Counted from the first letter of the stretch, positions 46,239 to 54,903 are shown. The stretch: DNA of 64,000 nucleotides from an uncultured Candidatus Saccharibacteria bacterium (GCA_964430225.1 CAYSFE010000001.1:11820-75819); one strand, 5' to 3'. Translations and numbers: made by a program. Notes: a model not told the origin generated them from the sequence alone.

Positions 46239-47279
46239 TAGAACTGTTTTGTTATTAGGATCAATTAGTTTTTTAACTTCTTTGTCAAAGTCAGAAATAT
46301 AATTTTTATCCTGTATAGGTTTATATTTCTCATACTCACTTTCAGCAAATGACTTGGCCACTTCTGATGAAACTTTACCAGCATTTTTCAAGATATCTTT
46401 ATTATTAAATCTCAAAAATACATCAAGTTTTGTAGCCCAATCTTTCATAGTCATTGGGGTACCGTTTTCTGCCTGGTCTTCTGCATAATCCAAATACATA
46501 GTAACAATTCGGTTAAGTGCCTTGATCTCTTTTTCATTGAGATAGTTTTTTGCTATTACTACATCTGTCTTGAGTATTTTTCCCTTTGGAGCCTTTTTCC
46601 ATGTTGTTAAGCCCATATATTCTTTTTCATGAGAGACTCGATCTACAATCAGCTCAGCTGCTGTATTTTGATGAATAGCGTAATGCATCTTATTTTGAAC
46701 TGTAGCGAAGAAATCTTTAGTTGTTTGTGAATTAAGGTCATAATCTAAAGCAGTTACATAAATATCCGTTATTTTTTGATAAAAGTTTCTTTCACTTTCA
46801 CGAATATCTCTAATTTCAAGAATTAAATCTTCAAAATATTGCTTACTTAAGAATGAACCGTTTTTTAATCTTTCACTATCAAGTACATATCCACGAGTTG
46901 AGAAATCTTTCAATATTCTATTTGCCCATCGACGAAATTCTATTGCTCTTTCTGAGTTAACTTTAAATCCTATTGCTATGATTGCCTCTAAACTATAATG
47001 CTCAACATCTCTTTCCACTTTGCGTGAACCTTCAGTTTGAACTATTCGAAAATTTCGAATAGTTGAGTTCTCAACTAATTCCTTACTCATGAATATCTCT
47101 TTTATATGGTAGTTAATGGTGTTAATTTCAACACTAAAAAGTTTTGCAATTAATTTTTGTGTCAGCCAAATATTCCCATCCTCAACCCTTACTTCAATAC
47201 TATCTTGGCCAGATTGTAGGGTAAATATTAAAAATTCTGAAGTACTATTTCTTATCATTAAGTTTTTACTATTTGGCAT
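46236..47279 (-). CDS. Virulence RhuM-family protein
   Basis: WLTQKLIAKLF, HIKEIF..KEL, HYSLEAIIAIGFKVNS.RA..FRRWA, IRDIRESERNFYQK, FFATVQNKMHYA, MGLTTW, AKNYL. Confidence 0.93.
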   Translation of the reverse strand: MPNSKNLMIRNSTSEFLIFTLQSGQDSIEVRVEDGNIWLTQKLIAKLFSVEINTINYHIKEIFMSKELVENSTIRNFRIVQTEGSRKVERDVEHYSLEAIIAIGFKVNSERAIEFRRWANRILKDFSTRGYVLDSERLKNGSFLSKQYFEDLILEIRDIRESERNFYQKITDIYVTALDYDLNSQTTKDFFATVQNKMHYAIHQNTAAELIVDRVSHEKEYMGLTTWKKAPKGKILKTDVVIAKNYLNEKEIKALNRIVTMYLDYAEDQAENGTPMTMKDWATKLDVFLRFNNKDILKNAGKVSSEVAKSFAESEYEKYKPIQDKNYISDFDKEVKKLIDPNNKTVL

Positions 47280-47379
47280 GGTGTTTTATAGGTATTATAA
47301 GAATTATGATTATCCTAAAGTCGCTATTGGTATTTTACCTTAAAAGATCGTTTTAATAAAACTGAAGCTATTTACTAGG

Positions 47380-47445
47380 AATGTACTCAAAGTACCCTTG
47401 TTTGAGTACATTCATTCAGTCAATGTACACAAACTTTCCATTTTA
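47380..47445. repeat. 66-bp repeat, copy 2 (begins at the nuclease stop codon on the minus strand)
   Basis: Contains perfect AATGTACTCAAA-N9-TTTGAGTACATT plus a third half-site AATGTACACAAA. Confidence 0.85.
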
Positions 47446-48171
47446 ATATTGTTTTGCCATCTTTTCTTGATACTCACACCATTCACACTCACTTGAATAT
47501 TCTGGTACCTTATCACTATTTAAACAACTTTTAATGTTTAAAAGGGTGGGTTCTATCCAGTTATCATTCCCTACATATGGTATTACTTTGATTTTAAACT
47601 CTAGCTTAGCATCAAATGCCTCTTTATCTTTTATTCCATTGCAATATACAAAGTATCCAGTATTAGATACTTTGAATTCATTTCTTCTTAGCAACCACTG
47701 ATATACCTCCATCTGTCTTTTATATCCCATCTGCCATTCTGAATCTAAGTTTACCTCTGTATCCTTGGCTGTTGATTTATAGTCGACGACATGGAGTTCT
47801 CCAATAGGATTTACCCATACATCATCTATAGCCCCATAAATATATAGGTTGGTTTTAGGATGAAGATACTGTACTCCAGTAAAGTTAGCTCTCCATATAT
47901 CTATATCCTTATGACTATATGGAATAGCATCTATTCCATATTTTTTCATTAAAGGATGCGTTTTTCCCTTTACCCTATGAGCATCAAATTCAAGTTTTAA
48001 TAAATGATCTACTGCAGAGTTAAGAGAGTATGGGGGAGAGGAGGGTCTCTTAATACCTAATTTCTTATCTAAATAGAAACATCTGGGACATTTAACATAT
48101 AGCTCTATACCAGTCCTACTTATCTTATATGAATCTTCACTATCTGTTTTATATACTCCTTTATATGGCAT
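47443..48171 (-). CDS. PD-(D/E)XK nuclease, RecB/Cas4-like
   Basis: CPRC, GAIDD, VVDYK, QMEVY, C-terminal CEWCEY. Confidence 0.85.
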   Translation of the reverse strand: MPYKGVYKTDSEDSYKISRTGIELYVKCPRCFYLDKKLGIKRPSSPPYSLNSAVDHLLKLEFDAHRVKGKTHPLMKKYGIDAIPYSHKDIDIWRANFTGVQYLHPKTNLYIYGAIDDVWVNPIGELHVVDYKSTAKDTEVNLDSEWQMGYKRQMEVYQWLLRRNEFKVSNTGYFVYCNGIKDKEAFDAKLEFKIKVIPYVGNDNWIEPTLLNIKSCLNSDKVPEYSSECEWCEYQEKMAKQY

Positions 48172-48270
48172 ATGTAGGTGATTATATATCTAGGGGTAAT
48201 AGGAAGCTACTATATATTTGTCATTAATATTAGCTACACTTTTCACTCTTTAATCTTAAATTCTTTCGCC

Positions 48271-48305
48271 TTGACAATCGGTTTCTTTCCGGTTAAACTC
48301 CCGTA
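48271..48305 (+). promoter_or_regulatory. Promoter of the lexA-methyltransferase fusion with 11-bp-phased repeats
   Basis: TTGACA(48271)-17-TAAACT(48294); CGGTT at 48279 and 48290, CCGTA at 48301. Confidence 0.6.
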
Positions 48306-48332
48306 ATAAATATACATTAACAATCAATTAAT

Positions 48333-49901
48333 ATGAATGGACTAAGCTTAAAACAAAAAAGAGTTTATGATTATATAATTAAATTTATAAATGAAAATGG
48401 AATAGCTCCAACTATCGAAGAAATCCGAAAAGCCTTAAAATTAATGGCAACATCTACAGTTCATGAACATATTAAAACTTTAGTAGATAAGGGATATCTT
48501 AAAAAAGAGACCTCCTATCACAGAGGGTTAATTCCAATAAAAGCAATTAAGAAAGTATTTGAGGTTCCAATAATCGGGAAGATTGCAGCTGGCAAACCCA
48601 TTGAGGTAAATGAGGTTTTTGAAGATACAATTTCAATTGTAAACGAAAATATTTCCAACATAAAAGATTTTTATGCTTTAAAAGTCGAGGGTAACAGTAT
48701 GATTGACGAAGGAATTTTTGATGGAGACATTGTGATAGTCAAGAAACAATCAGTAGCCGAAAATGGCCAGACTGTAGTTGCTATTGTTGATGATAATTGT
48801 GCAACTCTTAAAAAGATATATAAAGAGAAATCTAGATTTAGGCTTGAGCCAAGAAATCAATCTATGCTTCCCTTTTTTAGAAAAGAGGTTGAAGTAAGAG
48901 GTGTTGTTATTCAAATCATTAGTAATACCTTTAGTAATGCATTAAATAAACAAGAAAAACAACAAAATTTTAGAACAATTGATTTATTTGCAGGTATTGG
49001 TGGCATACGTATTGGATTTGAAAAAGCAGGATTTAATACAGTTTTCGCAAATGATTTTGAGCCAAATTGTAAAATTACTTATGATCTTAACTTCAAGAAG
49101 ACAAAACTAGTGGTTGAAGATATAAAAAAAATTGGTATTAAAGATTTACCAAACTTTGATTTTGTTTTAGCTGGCTTTCCATGTCAGGCATTTTCAATCG
49201 CTGGTTACAGACAGGGTTTTAATGATGAGAAGGGAAGAGGAAACTTATTCTTTGATATTGTTAAAATTTTAGAAGCACGTAAACCCGAAGGATTTTTACT
49301 AGAGAATGTTAAGAATCTAAAAAGTCATGATAATGGTAAAACTTTTAAGATTATAGAAAAATCGTTAACAGACCTAGGCTATTATGTCAAAACAAAGGTA
49401 CTAAACTCAATGGAATATGGTAATATCCCACAGAATCGCGAACGAATATATATTGTAGGATTCAAAAATAAGAATTATGCAGAAAAATTTACATTCCCAT
49501 TGCCACAAAAGCTTTCAACAAAAGTAGAAGACTTATTAGAAAAGAATGTTCTACAAAAGTATTATTACAATAACAAGCCACTTTACGAGAAGCTTAAAAA
49601 TCATGTAAAAGTAGGAAAGGTTTATCAGTGGAGAAGACAATATGTAAGGGAAAACAAGAAAGGTGTTTGTCCAACATTGACTGCAAACATGGGAACAGGA
49701 GGGCATAATGTTCCAATTATAAAAGATAGTAAGGGAATTAGAAAATTAACTCCAATCGAGTGCGCAAGAATTCAAGGATTTCCGCAAGATTTTGTACTAC
49801 CAAATCTTGCAGACTCCATACTTTATAAACAAATTGGAAATTCAGTCAGTGTACCAGTCGTAGAGTCAGTAGCAAAACAAATGATGAAAGCATTAGAATA
49901 A
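48333..49901 (+). CDS. LexA repressor fused to DNA (cytosine-5)-methyltransferase
   Basis: LexA: PTIEEI, GKIAAG, GNSM, ATLKK; MTase: DLFAGIGG, GFPCQ, ENV, QNRERIY, GNSV. Confidence 0.93.
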   Translation: MNGLSLKQKRVYDYIIKFINENGIAPTIEEIRKALKLMATSTVHEHIKTLVDKGYLKKETSYHRGLIPIKAIKKVFEVPIIGKIAAGKPIEVNEVFEDTISIVNENISNIKDFYALKVEGNSMIDEGIFDGDIVIVKKQSVAENGQTVVAIVDDNCATLKKIYKEKSRFRLEPRNQSMLPFFRKEVEVRGVVIQIISNTFSNALNKQEKQQNFRTIDLFAGIGGIRIGFEKAGFNTVFANDFEPNCKITYDLNFKKTKLVVEDIKKIGIKDLPNFDFVLAGFPCQAFSIAGYRQGFNDEKGRGNLFFDIVKILEARKPEGFLLENVKNLKSHDNGKTFKIIEKSLTDLGYYVKTKVLNSMEYGNIPQNRERIYIVGFKNKNYAEKFTFPLPQKLSTKVEDLLEKNVLQKYYYNNKPLYEKLKNHVKVGKVYQWRRQYVRENKKGVCPTLTANMGTGGHNVPIIKDSKGIRKLTPIECARIQGFPQDFVLPNLADSILYKQIGNSVSVPVVESVAKQMMKALE

Positions 49902-49902
49902 A

Positions 49903-50958
49903 TTAAATTTTTTCGGAAATTTCTTTAAATGCCACTTCTGGTTTAGTTAAAAGACCTTTTGATATTAGGGTAGTAATATTATTTTTAGCAATCCAAATGT
50001 TATTTCTATCTAATTTAGGATTTCTTCCTATTGCATTTAAATCAAAACTATAATAATTATCTTTTTCAAGTTTGTAATTCCCAACTATTTTATTTGTTAC
50101 AAACGAATCAGTTACACAATAAATATACCTTCTTATACTTTTTTTGTTCTTTTTTTCAAAAAGTTTAATTTCTCCAGAATAATAAAACCTACCCATAAAT
50201 TCAGGAGAAGGAACCTTTTTATTCATTTCATATTGCTCAAGGTATTCTTTTGAAATTCCAATAATTTCAGGAATTTTGCCTTTTTTTATAGAAGATATTG
50301 TCGCTTTTCCAGCAATGTTAAAAACTTTTGTTTCATACATTAAAGAGTCCTTTCTATAAATTTTCCCATATTTACTTAACTCACTACCCGAAATTACATA
50401 ATCAACTACGACTTGAATATTTTGCATTTCGGTAAATCTTTCAAATATTTCCGTTTTAATTTCTCCTTTAAGGTATACCCCAAGTAAATCCTTCTGTTTA
50501 CTGTCCCCTATGTTTGTATTTGCGATATGAGCACCAATAATAAAAATGTTTTCCAAATTGGAATAACTGGGGATACTTTTTATTGTTTCAAACTGTTCTA
50601 GAGTAAGTCCACACCATCTATCAGCAACTGAGACGTTTTTAATTTCAATAAAACAATTCGGATTTCTTTTCTTATTATTATGGAAAATATATGGAATGTC
50701 AGGCTCATTCAAAATCTCACTATTACTTTTAATATCAAGATCAAGTTCGAATGATTTATTGGGATTGAAATTTGCGAGTATTTTAGAAACTCCAATTTCA
50801 ACAAGCTTACCAAATAAAAAACTATCAATAACACCCCCTAATCCCCTAGAGGAACCTGAGGTTCTTGAAGACTTAGATTTCTTAGGATCAAGATGATATT
50901 TAACAGCGAAGCCGAAAGCAACTTCAAAATCTTTTTTTGTTAAATTATAACTTAACAT
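49903..50958 (-). CDS. Putative type II restriction endonuclease
   Basis: Convergent with the MTase; GKLVE...EPD...FIEIK resembles a PD-(D/E)XK site. Confidence 0.6.
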   Translation of the reverse strand: MLSYNLTKKDFEVAFGFAVKYHLDPKKSKSSRTSGSSRGLGGVIDSFLFGKLVEIGVSKILANFNPNKSFELDLDIKSNSEILNEPDIPYIFHNNKKRNPNCFIEIKNVSVADRWCGLTLEQFETIKSIPSYSNLENIFIIGAHIANTNIGDSKQKDLLGVYLKGEIKTEIFERFTEMQNIQVVVDYVISGSELSKYGKIYRKDSLMYETKVFNIAGKATISSIKKGKIPEIIGISKEYLEQYEMNKKVPSPEFMGRFYYSGEIKLFEKKNKKSIRRYIYCVTDSFVTNKIVGNYKLEKDNYYSFDLNAIGRNPKLDRNNIWIAKNNITTLISKGLLTKPEVAFKEISEKI

Positions 50959-50969
50959 TTTTTATTTCT

Positions 50970-51059
50970 TGGCGGAGAGAGAGGGATTCGAACCCCCGGT
51001 TGACTTGCGCCAACAACAGTTTTCAAGACTGTCGCCTTAAACCACTCGGCCATCTCTCC
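50970..51059 (-). tRNA. tRNA-Ser (TGA)
   Basis: GGAGAGATGGCCGAGTGG..., anticodon arm ACAGT-CTTGAAA-ACTGT, long variable arm, GGTTCGAATCC, GCCA end. Confidence 0.96.
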
Positions 51060-51103
51060 ATATGGGTATAGATATTGTACCAAAGTAGGAGATTATCCGT
51101 AAA

Positions 51104-51970
51104 TTATTTATTCCTTCTAGTTATGAGCATTTGAGCTAATTTTGTCCTAGTAGGTTTATCAAATCCTCTTATCATCTCTTTTTCCTCAGCTATTGCATCC
51201 ATATATTTAGGGTTAAGTATTTGCATTACTCTATGTTTAAATCTTAAAGGTAATTCTAATAACGTAGCTTGGACCACTAGTAACATAGACATTTGTCTTT
51301 CAAGTTGTAAGGCTAAACCTGGAACCGGAGATACCCAATCATATTTATTCCTAGCAAATATTGTCCTAAATTCAACTTCTGTTATCTCCTGTTCTGGAGA
51401 TACAGGTAATTTATCTACAACATAACATGTACTTGGGTAAGTAAGGCCGGACCTATTAACTTTAACACCTCTCTCACTATCCCTTCTACGTGCTATTCCT
51501 AAGATTCTAATGATTCTAACCTGAAATTCTCTATCTCCATTAACAATGTTTGATAGATAAATTCTCTGTCTTACTTTTGCATTACCCTTAAAAGAAGCTA
51601 GAACATCAAATGCATAATATGGAAATTGATATGTGGAAGTGGGGTAGTAAAAAGTATTAAAACCATCTTGTTCAAAATCAATATAATTCTGAATAATTGT
51701 TCTGAAATTAGGAATTAGTGCTTCACATCCGCCAACTTGATTTGGATGATCTAGTACTATATGCCAAAAGGCTTCACTTTGTTCAGGTATACTAAAAGGT
51801 ATGACACTTTGAGAATATGGACTTATTAATTGAAGTCCATCTTTTTTATCTTGATTAAGTTTAGAAGCTAATTGTAAACAACCTAAAAAGGAATCATATC
51901 TTCTTAGTTGATCCTCAGAAACATACCTTGGTTTTAGACCAAATTCTTGCCTAACTTCATTTGAAACCAT
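51104..51970 (-). CDS. Hypothetical protein
   Basis: 288-aa ORF; TGtTATAAT 5 nt before the ATG. Confidence 0.6.
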   Translation of the reverse strand: MVSNEVRQEFGLKPRYVSEDQLRRYDSFLGCLQLASKLNQDKKDGLQLISPYSQSVIPFSIPEQSEAFWHIVLDHPNQVGGCEALIPNFRTIIQNYIDFEQDGFNTFYYPTSTYQFPYYAFDVLASFKGNAKVRQRIYLSNIVNGDREFQVRIIRILGIARRRDSERGVKVNRSGLTYPSTCYVVDKLPVSPEQEITEVEFRTIFARNKYDWVSPVPGLALQLERQMSMLLVVQATLLELPLRFKHRVMQILNPKYMDAIAEEKEMIRGFDKPTRTKLAQMLITRRNK

Positions 51971-51992
51971 GATAAATTATAACACTATAAGA

Positions 51993-53210
51993 CTATTCCG
52001 GTAAAGAAGAATAGAGGGAAAACTCCCCATTCTGGTATATCACTTTTTTAGTTCCATTTCTAAGTATTGCTGTAACTGTCCTATCTTTTCTTGTGACTAT
52101 ATCTGTATGTACATGACTTTCATTAAAGCCATATTTCTTTGCTGTTTTAGTAGTATAGTCTTTAGTTCCTTCAGAGAAACATTCAGGGAAAGATTGTCCT
52201 AAAGCTAAGTGCATATTCCCATATTTTCCCCCTGTATTTTCATCAAAGAGTGTTTCAGCCATAAACCTATGAATCCTACTTAGTCTTTTATCTGTAAGAC
52301 TAAACTCTCCAAGTCTATTTGCTCCTTTCTCAGATATCATTTGTTTTAATACATTCTCTCCCTTCTTTGCACTAGCTTTAACTACCTTTCCATCTTTAAA
52401 CTCTAAAGTTATCCCATCTACAAGATTGTCATATATATAGAGAGGTTCTGAGAAAGAGATATATCCCTCAGCTTCTCTGCAATCTGGTGAAGTAAACACT
52501 TCAAAAGAGGGGATATTCCTTCCTCCTCCTCCTGCCCATATTCTTTTCGCTCCTAACCCTATACTTAAATCGACTCCATCTCCCTTAACAATTAAGGTCT
52601 TAATATCTAGTATGTTGAGTTTAGATTTTGTGTCTTCTACTTGTTTAGTTACTTCTCGCCATTTACTTACAGGATCATTCTCATCTAGAAAACATGCATG
52701 TACTATCTCCTCCCAATACTCAGCTAAAGACATATTGGCTTCTTTAGCCATTGCTTTAGTTGGGAATAGAGAGATATTCCAAGTAAGCTTTCCTTTGTTT
52801 TCTTTTTGTTGCATCAGACTTCTAAAGAATCCTAAATTCTTTTGTCTTAGCATTATGAGTTTAGGATCTATTCCCTCTAGTTGTTTAGGATCTGATTCAG
52901 ATAAGATTCTAACCACATGATCACACTCAGATATTAAAGATCTTACATATTTCTTTGGAGTATATGACAATTGTTCAGGAGATCCTATATCAAAGAAATC
53001 TCTTAATATACCATCAGGGATATATTCAAGTATCATATGTCCACCTGATTCTAGGATAGACTTTTGAAGATAGGGAAGAAACTCACGAGCTGCTTCTGGA
53101 ATACGTACATATACCTTATCTCCCTTCTTTATACCTTTATAGTCATTAAGAGCAAACTTAATGATCACATCAGCATATCTCTTTAATATTGTTTCATCTA
53201 TTTTAGTCAT
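51993..53210 (-). CDS. Aminopeptidase, M29 (AmpS/PepS) family
   Basis: NIPSFEVFTSP, LGEFSL, TLFDEN, HLALG, N.SHVHTD. Confidence 0.93.
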   Translation of the reverse strand: MTKIDETILKRYADVIIKFALNDYKGIKKGDKVYVRIPEAAREFLPYLQKSILESGGHMILEYIPDGILRDFFDIGSPEQLSYTPKKYVRSLISECDHVVRILSESDPKQLEGIDPKLIMLRQKNLGFFRSLMQQKENKGKLTWNISLFPTKAMAKEANMSLAEYWEEIVHACFLDENDPVSKWREVTKQVEDTKSKLNILDIKTLIVKGDGVDLSIGLGAKRIWAGGGGRNIPSFEVFTSPDCREAEGYISFSEPLYIYDNLVDGITLEFKDGKVVKASAKKGENVLKQMISEKGANRLGEFSLTDKRLSRIHRFMAETLFDENTGGKYGNMHLALGQSFPECFSEGTKDYTTKTAKKYGFNESHVHTDIVTRKDRTVTAILRNGTKKVIYQNGEFSLYSSLPE

Positions 53211-53218
53211 ATGAGTAT

Positions 53219-54526
53219 TTATTTTCTAAGTAGCCATTCATATAGAGGGACTACATGTATGTTTATTCCATCTTTAGATATTGTTTCCTTTTCACTTTCA
53301 GTAACTAGTAGACATGTAGGAGATTTCTTTCCTTCTTTTACTTCTTTCTTTTCTTTTATAGCAGATACTACAGCTCTTAACTCTCTTTCTTTAGTATCTT
53401 CTGACTCAAAGTGTTGAGATACTTGAATAAAAGAATTTTCTTTAGGTAGATAGAAGTCTACTTCATAGTCTTCAGAAGTTTTATAGTAGTATATTTCTTG
53501 ATTCCTTCTTCTTAAGTCAACATACACAACATTTTCTATTAATTTACCTTTGTTCTTAGAAAAACTAAAACCAACAGATTCAATAAGACCAGTGTCTATT
53601 CCATATACCTTCTTTGCAGCTATTTGCTGTTCCTTTACAGAGAAAGCATACTTATTTACTAGAAAGAATAGCCAGCTAGTTTCTAAATAGTCTATATAGC
53701 TTATTACAGTATTAACACTCCCTAATTGAAGAAGTTCTTTAAGTTTATTATATGATATTAGAGAAGATATATTACTTACTAAGTAAAAAGATAGTTCTTT
53801 TAAACTCTTTACATTAGTCAAGTTATATCTTGTAGCTATATCCCTATATAGTACATCGTCATAAAGTGTTTTATGTATTTCTAGTTCTGGATATTTTAGA
53901 GAGTCTGGTATTCCTCCTGATGAAATATATTCTTTAGTTAAATTCACAAATTGTCCCTTCTGTTTTGTAGTCAATACTTTCATATCAGGAATCTCAAAGT
54001 TCTTAAAGGTTAGAAACTCTCTAAACGAGAAAGGGAATAGTTCAACACGAACAGAACGGCCTGTTAATCTTGTTCCTAGTTCCTGGCTGAGTAGAGATGC
54101 ATTTGATCCCGTTATTACAAACTTATATCCTTCATCGTGTAATCTTCTAACAAACCTTTCCCACTCAGGGACATTTTGAATCTCATCAAATAAGAATGTT
54201 TTCTTTTCACCAAATAGACTTATTAGTGTTTCGTGTAGTAAATCAAAGTCATTTACTTGAAAGTTTATCAACCTCTCATCTTCAAAGTTCACAAAATAGT
54301 ATCCATCTTTTAGGTATTTATCAGCTATTTGAGCTAGAAGAGTAGACTTACCTACACGTCTTAAACCAGTAATAACCATTATTTGGGTAGAAGATAAAAT
54401 GTCACCTAATTCAGCAAGTATTTCTCTTTTTATACCTAAATCACGGGCCATAAACGAATCATGCTGTTCCTTTAAAGCACTAGTAAGTATCTCTTTATTT
54501 AGTATTTTTAGTGGTTCTGCCGTCAT
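53219..54526 (-). CDS. AAA_14 ATPase with DUF4143 domain
   Basis: GLRRVGKST, FDEIQ, TGSNASLL, LTGR, GGIP, KVYGIDTG, EN.V, EVDF. Confidence 0.92.
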   Translation of the reverse strand: MTAEPLKILNKEILTSALKEQHDSFMARDLGIKREILAELGDILSSTQIMVITGLRRVGKSTLLAQIADKYLKDGYYFVNFEDERLINFQVNDFDLLHETLISLFGEKKTFLFDEIQNVPEWERFVRRLHDEGYKFVITGSNASLLSQELGTRLTGRSVRVELFPFSFREFLTFKNFEIPDMKVLTTKQKGQFVNLTKEYISSGGIPDSLKYPELEIHKTLYDDVLYRDIATRYNLTNVKSLKELSFYLVSNISSLISYNKLKELLQLGSVNTVISYIDYLETSWLFFLVNKYAFSVKEQQIAAKKVYGIDTGLIESVGFSFSKNKGKLIENVVYVDLRRRNQEIYYYKTSEDYEVDFYLPKENSFIQVSQHFESEDTKERELRAVVSAIKEKKEVKEGKKSPTCLLVTESEKETISKDGINIHVVPLYEWLLRK

Positions 54527-54536
54527 AATACTTAAA

Positions 54537-54605
54537 AGTTTACCATGAAATAGTTTTCACTGTCAATGAAAACTATTTCCCATTTGTTTTCAGTGGGAAT
54601 GAAAG
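54537..54605 (-). promoter_or_regulatory. Promoter and palindromic operators of the AAA-DUF4143 gene
   Basis: GAAATAGTTTTCA-N7-TGAAAACTATTTC (54547-54579) encloses a minus-strand TTGACA; second TTTCA-N7-TGAAA follows; -10 TGgTAAACT. Confidence 0.7.
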
Positions 54606-54660
54606 CTTTTTTTGAGACCCAAGTGGGAGTAGGGTAGTCACCTAGTTCCTAGTACCTCAC

Positions 54661-54870
54661 TTAACTAGGAACTAAATGAGTATGATCTACCTTTTCACTC
54701 TCTAGCATCTCTATAGCTTTCTTTACTCTTTGTACCTTAGTATGGTCCATTTTAGCGGAGTCTATCCACTTTAAATATTCCCTTTGATGAGATGGAGATA
54801 ATGTCTCAAAGTATTCCAGTACATGAGAAGAAAAGAATTGCTTCCTTACATATTCAGGTATCTTTGTCAT
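54661..54870 (-). CDS. YdeI/OmpD-associated (OmdA) small protein
   Basis: FETLSPSHQREYLKWIDSAK...TKVQRVKKAIEML. Confidence 0.88.
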   Translation of the reverse strand: MTKIPEYVRKQFFSSHVLEYFETLSPSHQREYLKWIDSAKMDHTKVQRVKKAIEMLESEKVDHTHLVPS

Positions 54871-54903
54871 AAAAAGAGAGTATAAAGTAAATTGGGGTAG
54901 TGT

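Noticed and set aside
46173-47445. CRISPR array or canonical integron attC sites
   Set aside because: Only two 66-bp copies 1.2 kb apart; no spacer periodicity, no GTTRRRY/RYYYAAC ends, no cas1 or intI in the window.
45741-51059. Prophage or complete integrative element at tRNA-Ser
   Set aside because: No integrase, phage structural genes or duplicated tRNA 3' end found.
54606-54674. preQ1 riboswitch or mobile element end in a GC-richer patch with an A tract and the hairpin TAGTTCCTAGT/ACTAGGAACTA
   Set aside because: No match to preQ1 consensus, no que genes or transposase; the hairpin overlaps the ydeI-like stop and may just be a 3' end structure.
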